Source: Nemertoderma westbladi
Taxonomy: Eukaryota > Animalia > Xenacoelomorpha
Direction of reading: 5' to 3'
NCBI GenBank assembly: GCA_032718475.1
Contig: JAUCBJ010001398.1
Location: forward strand, 62,001 to 126,000
Length of the DNA: 64,000 nucleotides
Of the stretch, positions 24,986 to 36,900 are shown one piece after another. The notes beneath the pieces were generated by a model. It worked only from the letters and a program-made list of their open reading frames with translations. It was not told where the DNA came from and ran no database searches. Within the stretch, counting starts at the first letter, position 1. Each line of letters opens with the position of its first letter. Position numbers and translations under genes: made by a program.

Positions 24986-27900
24986 ATGGGATGCTATGCT
25001 ACTGTAATTATTATGTTAATCCGTGCCACATTTACAGCTTATTTATTATTTATCGCGGCAGGTAAGCAGTTACACATTCTTACAACACGTATGCAATAAG
25101 CAAAAATAATGGTAGTGATCGTTTAAAGTAAAAGTACAAAAGATTTGGTTTGGGTGACCCAAGGTAAAACATCAAAGATAATAGTCACTTGATCTTATTC
25201 CGTTTACAACTGGGCTGCCCTGCATCCACGGTATTGTTTGTGATTCTATCAGGTTGTTTTCACTCGACAAACTTGCGAACACAAACGAGAACCCGAGTAA
25301 AGTTTCAGTCGGACCTGGAAAGCGTTAGACGTTTGGAGGATCTATTGGTTAATCGATTCAACGAAATTAGAAACACAAAGGAAAATCCCGAGGGCAAGTT
25401 GCGTTGCTACAAGTTTATCAAGAAATTCTTTATGGATCTTAAACTTACGGTTTATATAGACGACTTCGTTTTTAGGGTGAGTTATCAAAGAACCACACGA
25501 AGGATAATACAGTATTATCATAATTATTGTATATAGTCATAACCAAGGCGACCTTTACTAACCTTTACTGTAAAGGTCGCATTGGTCATAACCCACGTTT
25601 TGCAATAATTATCTTCTGAAGTACTGTATAAGCTGGTTTCAAGTTGATTTAAATGGTTAATAATAATTCCAATTGACTGAGCGACTAACACCATAGCAAC
25701 TTAATTATAATTGAACTGAAAGAAAAGCAATAATGCTGCTTCAGTTGTAACTTAATAAGAAAGTAATTGAGTATTGTTACCTAAACTACTATCGTACAGT
25801 ATATACAGTACAGTAGTATATAGGATATACTGTAATAACCTATTTTAGCTGGCAGGTTCTATTAATTCTACTAGGTCTGTCATATTATAAATATTACCAT
25901 TACAGTATTAATACTATTATTTATGTGATATAGTAATCGTCATGTAAAGATAACTACAAATATTGTATTTTTAGGCGGAAGTTGAAGGAGGGGAGTCGAA
26001 ACTAGGAAATGGCAAGAATATAATTGCGGTGCTTCCTGGTGATAATTTTGGATCGAGTTTGGATCAGATTTCTATGGTTTCAGCGCACTACGACACATTT
26101 GGAATTTCACCAGGTGTGGCAGAATATTTTTTAATAGATTTATGGATAGACGAAATACTGCACCACTTTTGTTGCTCTACAGACTGACAGACAGACTGAG
26201 ACTCTGTTTTCGTAAGGCGCGTAACCCGATGTAGCGCTCCATAGTGTGTCTCATGCTCGCTATGATGCAAAATTTAAGGGATAGTAAAAAAACGGAGCGA
26301 CCTAGATTGTGGTGTAATCATTCATTCTTACTGTATTTGTAAACCGTTATTTTGAGGGTTAAGGGTTATTCGCCACAGAAATTGTTTAATTAATTAATTA
26401 AATGTTTTATAACTCTGTGGTGAACGACACTTAACTCCCAAAACAATGATGCTAAATGACAGAAAAACGAACAAATTTAATTGGACTTGCACATATTACC
26501 CAGGAAATATATGCATTATGTAGGCCGAGTGTACTTCAATTAACGTCTGTAAGAGAGCCAATAAATATGTTTTATGAATTATAATAATAAGTGCAGTCTA
26601 ACTCATGGATTGGAAGTCTAACTCATGGATTGGAAGTCTAACTCATGGATTGGAAGTCTAACTCATGGATTGGAAGTCAAACTCATGGATTGGAAGTCTA
26701 ACTCATGGATTGGAAGTCTAACTCATGGATTGGAAGTCTAACTCATGGATTGGAAGTCTAACTCATGGATTGGAAGTCTAACTAATGGATTGGAAGTCTA
26801 ACTCATGCATTGGAAGTCTAACTCATGGATTGGAAGCCTAACTCATGGATTGGAAGTCTAACTCATGGATTGGAAGTCAAACTCATGGATTGGAAGTCTA
26901 ACTCATGGATTGGAAGTCTAACTCATGGATTGGAAGTCTAACTCATGGATTGGAAGTCTAACTCATGGATTGGAAGTCTAACTCATGGATTGGAAGTATA
27001 ACTCATGGATTTGAAGTCTAACTCATGCATTGGAAGTCTAACTCATGGATTGGAAGTCTAACTCATGGATTGGAAGTCTAACTCATGGATTGGAAGTCTA
27101 ACTCATGGATTGGAAGTCTAACTCATGGATTGGAAGTCTAACTCATGGATTGGAAGTCTAACTCATGGATTGGAAGTCTAACTCATGGATTCGAAGTCTA
27201 ACTCATGGATTGAAAGTCTAACTCATGGATTGGAAGTCTAACTCATGGATTGGAAGTCTAACTCATGGATTGGAAGTCTAACTCATGGATTGGAAGTCTC
27301 ACTCATGGATTGGAAGTCTAACTCATGGATTGGAAGTCTAACTCATGGATTGGAAGTCTAACTCATGGATTGGAAGTCTAACTCATGGATTGGAAGTCTA
27401 ACTCATGGATTGGAGGTCTAGCTCATGGATTGGAAGTCTAACTGATGGATTGGAAGTCTAACTCATGGATTGGAAATCTAACTCATGGATTGGAAGTCTA
27501 ACTCATGGATTGGAAGTCTAACTCATGGATTGGAAGTCTAACTCATGGATTGGAAGTCTAACTCATGGATTGGAAGTCTAACTCATGGATTGGAAGTCTA
27601 ACTCATGGATTGGAAGTCTAACTCATGGATTGGAATTCTAACTCATGGATTGGAAGTCTAACTCATGGATTGGAAGTCTAACTCATGCATTGGAAGTCTA
27701 ACTCATGGATTGGAAGTCTAACTCATGGATTGGAAGTCTCACTCATGGATTGGAAGTCTAACTCATGGATTGGAAGTCTAACTCATGGATTAGAAGTCTA
27801 ACTCATGGATTGGAAGTCTAACTCATGGATTGGAAGTCTAACTCATGGATTGGAAGTCTAACTCATGGATTGGAAGTCTAACTCATGGATTAGAAGTCTA

Positions 27901-30900
27901 ACTCATGGATTGGAAGTCTAACTCATGGATTGGAAGTCTAACTCATGGATTGGAAGTCTAACTCATGGATTGGAAGTCTAACTCATGGATTGGAAGTCTA
28001 ACTCATGGATTGGAAGTCTAACTCATGGATTGGAAGTCTAACTCATGGATTGGAAGTCTAACTTATGGATTGGAAGTCTAACTCATGGATTGGAAGTCTC
28101 ACTCATGGATTGGAAGTCTAACTCATGGATTAGAAGTCTAACTCATGGATTGGAAGTCTAACTCATGGATTGGAAGTCTAACTCATGGATTGGAAGTCTA
28201 ACTCATGGATTGGAAGTCTAACTCATGGATTGGAAGTCTAACTCATGGATTGGAAGTCTAACTCATGGATTGGAAGTCTAACTCATGGATTGGAAGTCTA
28301 ACTCATGGATTGGAAGTCTAACTCATGGATTGTTTCTATGCCATATTTTATAAATGTAGGAGTTGATGATGATGGCAGCGGTATGGCAGCATTGTTAGAG
28401 ACATCACGATTCGTTACGCAACAGTTACCAAGGAAACACACTGTATTCTTTGTAGCCTTCGACCACGAAGAGGATGGATGTAAGACAAATAAAAATAAAT
28501 AGTTAATATTATTTTTGGTCTATATGCACAACGATTCCTTCCATTTAGCCAATTGCATAAAGGCAGGATTTGTTCGGAACTCAACAAATAATCTTCGCGC
28601 CCAGTCCACAGACTGCCAGAAATCTTTGCTGAATAAATTGAATAAAGTTAATTTAAGAAACCGTAACCTGTGCTAATGACATCCGTCCCGTTTATCGTTT
28701 AGGTTAGAATTTCATGCCACTGTAGATTGCTAGGATTGGCCGCGGGGAAATATGATGGCCTGCATGCGAAGGTTGCACCGAACCCTAAAACAGTACATAT
28801 TTATCTGATAATGGAGTTGTTGTCTGGAACAGTCACATTCAGCGAGAAGGGTGGGGGTGGGGGGGGGGGGGGGTAATAAGGTTTATTGTAAAGAATCCTA
28901 ACCTAACATACGATAAAGTGATACCTCAAGATCAAATTACAGACGGCTGCCCTTCCTCAATCTGTGTTCGGTACGATTAGCTTACATGTTACTTCCAGTA
29001 TGCATCCCTCTTGCAGTAGTCTTAGTAACTTCTGTTTTGAATACCGAGATAAGTACTGTAAGTAGGCCTACTCTCTCAGTCCACCCTTTAATCCTTTTCA
29101 GTGATTGGAAGTCGCCACTTCCTTGCATCTTGGTGGTCGTCGTTTAAAACCCAACATAATTACACAAACAGTCAATTGATACTCAATGTGGTAATGGACC
29201 CCGTGCTTAATTGGGACAATACTCCGAAGTCGCAGGTACCGAAGTAATTATATGACGACGTCTGTGTGTGAGCGGAAATTTATTAACATCGGACTAAATT
29301 TAATATTCGAACACCCATAGAGTGTAAGATAATCTAACAGCACTTGTCCTTACCAAATTTAAAATAAAATAATAAGTATATCGAATATCTTTCTTTCAGG
29401 AATTACCTTTAGGAATGGACACCATATTGACCCGGGAAACTCACAAAAGTTTCATCGCTGATGGAGAGAAGGGCAACTTTCTAGTTGTGGTTTACCGAGA
29501 AACTGAGTCCGATATGGCCAATATATTTATTAATAACTTCAAACCCGACAGTAACCACAGAATATTGCCTATGCAGATACAACAAAAATGTTAGTGACAA
29601 CATTATTTATAATTTTGCTTATTTGTTTTTGTTTACAATCTTTTCAATTTATTGTTGTTATTTGTTTTTGTTTACAAGCTTTTCCATTTATTGTTGTTAT
29701 TTGTTTTTGTTTACAATCTTTTCCATTTATTGTTATTTCAAGGGAAGCTGTCCATATGAGACGGATGTGACTTAAAGTAGTTGTGTTTATTGATGTTTTC
29801 ATTTCAATATCAATAGGTATGTAAAATATAAGTATGTCAATAATTTTAATTTTTATTTCATTTGTATTCTAAAATGATTAAACTAAGTTAAACCAACTGA
29901 AAAATTATTATAATTTTTGGGTGTTTAGAGTATTTTTATATTTTGTAAAATGTTGGAATAGAATTGTATTCCATCAACCAACTGCTAATATTTTTCAGAT
30001 CTAACAGAAAGCAAATTGGACTCGAGACTTCTGAATTTGCTGCGATCAGATCACGTGCCATTTTGGGTAGAAGAGCCAACAATACCGTCAATACATCTCA
30101 CAGATACGGCCGAGTCAAGAGGTATGTAGTATATATGTTTATATAAAGTCAGCAGTGCGTATATAAAGTTGGCACTGTGGATGTAAAGTCAGGACCCCAA
30201 ATACTGTCTGTGAATATAATTTAATAACTGGGTTTATGGACTGTAACAACTGTACATATACATTTTTTCATAATTTTACAACGGGCCATTGTGGGTGTGG
30301 TAACCCGGTGATGAGACAAATCATTATACGGTAACAATATTTTTAGATGAATTTCTTTGGGGAAATGGTAATTTTACTCTTCTAAAGTGTATTTTATATA
30401 TTAGAAAAAAGAGGAATTATATTTTCTATTAATAACAAGTATTATTATTATAGCATAATGCAAATATAAATAAATTACCACATGTATATACCAGTATTTG
30501 TAAATATTATACTGCAAGTTACCACAAAATCCGGGTTCACATGAAATGAAAGGAATGTTGTTTAATCCTCATATTAATTAAATAAATTCACTAACTAGAA
30601 GTGTATTAATAATTTATATTATTATATATTATATTATATTACATTATATTATATATAATGTATTATTATCTAGTATAAATGATATAAATAACGTGTGAAC
30701 CTTGGAATAATATGTATTAGAAACGGATTAAATTTGTGAACCATGGCCGTAATGATAATCCCATACCACCAACTGCTACTATATTAATTTAATATAATCA
30801 TTTATTAGCCCTACTTGGTGAACAACGTATATAAGGATACGTCACCTTTAATGTGAAATATTTTTTTATAAATTCTCACGGCTGTACATCTAAGGCCTAA

Positions 30901-33900
30901 TAATGTTAAACTAAACTAAATAAATATAAACTTTAATACAAACCTAAATATATCATAATATTAATAAATATAATTATTCAATTTGAAACGGAAGCCCAAG
31001 TGCTTTTTCTTCATCTACATTTTTCTGACCTTCATCAGTAGCTGTTGATTTGGTTGTCTCGTCGGAACCAGGATGAACTACAACCTTATCGGTTTTAGCT
31101 TTGGGATCCATTTGAAGTCCAAACGATCGCCTTATCTTAAGGTATTCTCGAAATGTAAAGCACGCATCGGCCACATAGATTATAGTGGTTGACATCATGA
31201 AAACCCCAGCAATGACACTAGTACTGCACCCGATCTGAAAATAAAATCAACGAACATTCTACAAGATGGTGGTATTGATTGTAATATGTTCACACGTAAG
31301 ATAAAGATCCAGATTAATTTGAACTTTAAATAAGATATTTTGCGAAGTTAATATTTTTACGTCCTTTATATAAAATTGAAATAGTTTGTTGGACACAAAA
31401 CAAAGTGAAGTTGTGTCGTACTTCTTAGTCACCCCAGCTGACCAAGTGCAACAACAGGTACGACGTAAGAGTAATAAAAACACACAAAGAGCGTTTGTGT
31501 TAAATTCAAACAAAATGTAAGTCTACAATCAATTGGAATGAAGCATTACTTTGCAGCGTTGCGTTACGGCGTATAGGATAGAATGCAGCAAAGTAATCAC
31601 TAACTTAGTAACAATAAACTTCCAGAACTCCGCTAAGGTTATTTACGGTGTGTTGTTAGTGTTAAAAAGTAAATGCAATTAATTGCATAAAAAGGATGTA
31701 AATTTCATTAATATCCCTAAACATACACTATTCAAGCTAATAATGAAGAATTTAGAACGCCGATAAGTTAACAAAATTAGGTGAAAAGGGTGTTGTTCAT
31801 TGTGGTGAAAAGGGCACCCATATACAGCGTTCATGACCTTTATATATTTATGTTAAGCTCCCTCGCTGCGCTCGCTCGGTATCTAAATACACTCAGATCA
31901 TAACGCTGGAAAGTTATTCATAAAATGATGTTTATTATTACTAATACTCGTATTTTCATTATAAATTGTGTTATTCATAGCCGATTTCGATAAAGTGTAT
32001 TGTAACTTACCAACTCAACAAAGCGTGAATACTTTGCAATGAATGCTGCTCCGACGCATAAGTGCAGCATGGCCAGCAACCCAGCGGTTGTACTGAATAT
32101 GAGATGGAGACGATCCTGTGAGAATCTACGTTCAATCTAAAAATAAAAGTCCCTGAAAGATTAATGTTTATAACCATTTAACGAGTCAGGTTTCAGGGGT
32201 AGAAATAACACATTGAGGTGATAACAACTTCCTTAAGATCAGGATTAAGATTAGGCAGAGGGACCAATCTAATCATATTGATTTTAGTAATGATAACATG
32301 CCACTTAGATTTAATAAATAATTTGGTACAATTGAAGAGTTACATTGAGGGTTATTTCCTGTGAATTGAAGTGGTGTGAAGTACCACGTTACATATGCGG
32401 GATTTTGTCGATTTTCTATCCGAAAGATTACAAATATAAACCCATATATGAATAAATACACAGACAATAAAGTAAGCCACTTTGTAGATATCAGTATCGG
32501 ACATGCTTTTGATTTACATTACCAAGCCATTACATTACCCCGTATACGTAGCTCAAACGGGAAGGGTCGGAATCAGTAATAACTGATTATATAGCCACGT
32601 TAGATGTTACAGTAAGTACATGTTCGTGGGGTCTCCGCGCAGCACGAAGTGAGCAACACCTTAGCATATAGGGGCCCCATTAACGAGTTGTCTGTCGTTA
32701 GTCAGAAGTCGTCAACACAATACTCGTTTCCCTCATTTATCTCGTTGCGTTCGTTCGTTTTTTACCAAAATTCAGATTCTTTCTAAACTTTTGACGGACT
32801 ACATACGTACCAAGTTTGGTTTAATTTCATCAAGGAATGACCGAGATATTAGCGATCAAAAATTTACGACGACAGATGACAACGACGACAGACAACTCGT
32901 TAACGGCACCCATATGCTAAGGCTTCGCTCACTTCGTGGCTCGCCCCACAGTATATTGTATACCGGTAGATTAGGCCATATATCATACTCACCCCCAAGT
33001 GGTAGAACAGAAATGTCGATACAACAAATGCAATGCTCATATAGCAGACAGCCGTGAACAACCTATTCAGTGGATATAAGTAGTGTAAGTCTTGTTCGAG
33101 AATGTTGATTACCCCACTGTAGACGTAGACAAACGCACAGGAACGGTAAACACAAATAATGGATATAATATCCATTACAAATTCGAAGAACTTTGCGACT
33201 CCGCAAATAGTCAAAGCGTAGCTGTTGTCTAACACGACATGAGTAGGTAGGAGCGATTTTATTATTCGTAACATATTAACGAATACTCACTCTACGGTCT
33301 AAAGTTTGTTACAAAAATAGTAAGAGACTATAATACATACGTATGCCTTTCTTCCAACATGTAAACTCTATACCTACTGTACATTGAACATGTACTGGTA
33401 CACAATTATTGTACACTACCTACAGTAGCAATACTTAGTATGTCATATTTGAAACAATGTAGAAAGCATACAGACATACGACCTTCTGATTATCAACACC
33501 ACAAATTAATTGAGTGTCAATGACTTGTTTGCAATATTTAACCTCGAATGTATTGCATTATGTGGATAATTGCAAAGGATATTATTATGTTTTTAGGTTA
33601 TATGAAAGATTGTTACCACAAAGATTGTGACGATGTTAATATGATTAACGAAAATAATTTGTTGTTCCTCAATAAAGTGACACAGGTCAGTGACCCTCTA
33701 ATAATGTCTCAATAAAGTGACACAGGTCAGTGACCCTCTAATAAAGTTACTACCATACCAGTACACTATACAACTTATATTCGATTACGAATACATTTAT
33801 GGTTTATATAATTATTTGTTGCCTACTTTTAGTTCTTTAAGTAATACAACTATTTTTGCGTAAAACATTATTTATTTATTAATAATATTATGTAGGTACT

Positions 33901-36900
33901 CTATTGCATCCACTTATAATATATAAATTGTAACAACTCGGTAATCCGAAATTAAAATTAATAATAATTATTAATTCATTAAAATTAATAACTCGTCTCG
34001 GAGAATTGACATAAAAATTATCAATTATGTCAATCAGGTTACAGTGGCATGTTATTCTACACTAAACAATAAATTACTGGCAAACATGCAATGCACTATT
34101 CAAAATTAACGTGGATGCATTTGAGTATGATGTTGGTCCTGTGTGCCGTTATGTAATCAAAACATATATATCAACAATATAAACACGTTCGTGGGGCCTT
34201 CGCGCAGCACGAAGTGACCAAAGCCTTTAGCATATGGGTCCCATTAACGAGTTATCTGCCGTTAGTCAGAAGTCTTCAACACAATACTCGTCCTCCCCTT
34301 GTGCCTCGTTGCGTTCGTTCGGTTTTGACCAAACTTCAGATTCTTTCTAAACTTTCCGGCCTACATACATACCAAGTTTCGTTTAATTTCATCGAGGAAT
34401 AACCGAGTTATTAGCGATCAAAAATTTACGACGACAGATGACGACGACGACAGAGAACTCGCCAATGGCACCCATATGCTAAGGCTTCGCTCACTTCGTG
34501 GCTCGCCCCACAATTCCCTTATTGCCGGTCTGGTTCCGTGAACTTCCAGGCAGCCGGTATGTATTTGTCGTAGAGAAACATCGACGATGCAGGGTGCAGG
34601 GTAGAAAGAGTTTTATTGTCTTTCCTATTAGTGTTACTGTTAGTATAGGGTGGCGCTAATAATGCGAACTCCGAATCACGAGATCTGTCCAGGTGATTAG
34701 AGCGTCGGTCTTACAACCGGGAGGTCAGCCCACTCATCTGTAAGGGGAACCCGGGCTTTGGTGGGGTAGTAAAGAAAAGGGTATGATAGTCAGAGTATTG
34801 CACCATGGGAGTTAGTATGGCACTCTCCCTGCCTTACAGAATACCGAGTGGTTTCCCCCCTTTGCCGATCGCTTTACCTTACCCTAGAGGTGTGGGCAAC
34901 TTCGTGTTGGAGCTCGTCTATAGGGTATGAGTGAATACACTCACATTCACACCTAAAGTGCCACACATCGGAAGCTCTTCATAATGTTACCGCACTGATA
35001 AGTAAATAGTTCATTATTTGATCCTTTAATTTTCACTTAGAGTGTGGCCGACACAATACTAGAAGTCAGTGAACCCGGATGTTGTAACATTGGTTCGTCG
35101 CAAACCGATTCGCATTGTCTGAGGTATCTGTTGGAGAACCGATTGAATAAACCGCGTAACCGCGTTCACCACGAGGAAAAACGAGTCGTGAGAAAGTTTC
35201 TTATAGATTATATGACTCAGTTGGGGTTGTCTACCGAAACTAATGAGTTTCTAATTGAGGTAATGTACTGCGAATATTTTGACATTCTGTGTATTACTAG
35301 GCTTGCTGTGATGACCACCATCACTGGACTCTTGGCAGTTTTCTGTAGCATTATAATTATTATAGCGTAGCAGTTCGTTATACAGTAATTCTGACTAAAT
35401 GTTACATTATTGCAGTCATAGTTTTAGATTTTTTTAGCATTTACAAATACAGTATACCTATTACCCATATTTGATGTTACCTGTTCTAGAATGCCGAATT
35501 AGTCTTTGAGCACCATCAATGCATCGCCAATGGGCACCATCCATTGATGCTGCTCACCCAATGATTCTGGCATTAAACTCAGATCATCAGCAAAGTCTAG
35601 GTCCGTAACTTGAATTGGTCTATTTCACCTACTTCTACCTACGAACTGTATTCAACAGTAGCCGTAAGGTATTCAATAGCAAATCATTCGAAAATATTAA
35701 GGATTCCCGTGTTGTAATGGTGAGCAAACCTGGACGTGTATTGAGGGGCGCGGGTTCGATCCCCGCATCTACCGAATTCTATTCAATCCTTTTTAAATTA
35801 GATAATACACAATTAATTAATACTTCAGGTTTAATTTCATTCCGGGATGTAGTCCTACCTGTATTTGCATCATATTCTTTGATTATAATAACAATTCTAA
35901 TGTTACTACTAACTCGACTGATATTTTTGTCGAAAATATAATTAGGCGCATATTGATAAAATTACCAGTAAAATAAGTAATAATTTATATAGCAAATTGG
36001 GCGTAAAAAATGAATTCGCCACCTTGAGGGTTCGATCTACACCGGTTGTCCTCAATGCTGTAATGGTCAGTAATCCCGGACATTTACCAGAAGAAGCGTC
36101 ATTTTTTAGTAATCTTTGATATAGAGGTGATTCCCATTTAAATTTCTTAATAAATTATAACAGTTTTTTTATTTGTTTATGTTTTAATTTTAATATTTTA
36201 ATGTTTTAATATTTCAGGGTTGCTATGTGTGTTCTTGGAAAAAAGGATACAATATAATAGGGTTATTACCAGGTGTCTATCATGGGGAGTACGATAACGG
36301 AATTATCCTTATTGCTGCTATGTATACATTCCCAGACTCGACCGCTTCAATTAATCAGTTAGTTTATAATATGGGGGGGGGGGGGGGGGGGGGACTGCTG
36401 CAATAAGGTGTACATTATGTACTTACACTTCTCACTCATTTATCTGATATGACTACATTTTTGAACCAAGACACCACGAACAACCAACAATCCATATAGT
36501 TACGATCTGAAAGATTATTTGAGGTCAGAAAGGTGATGGCCGCTCTTCGTATCGTCAGGTAAAAATATAGAAAAACGAAAGATCGATTGATCGAGTAGAT
36601 CAATTGTACGAGGATGGAAGAATTTCATTTTAAGGTGGTGGATTAGTCACTTCCCGGGGACCGAAGTCAGGAGTGATTTCCTCAACAAAGACTTTATCTG
36701 GAACGAAAGATAACGAGGGCGAGATCATTGAGTTTTAGCCAAGCAAACGAAACCCCTCGGAGATCAGGAGTGGGTATCAGCTAGCCGTCGGCCTTAGTGT
36801 TGAACCAGAGGTTGTAGTAAGTTTCATGTTGCTAAGCTGTAGTGAAGGTGACGGAATGGGATCTCCTATAAAGTGAAGAGGAATCTAGAACACTGAGGTG

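Noticed and set aside
35701-35776. Functional tRNA gene
   Set aside because: Acceptor and anticodon stems do not pair convincingly; better treated as a SINE head.
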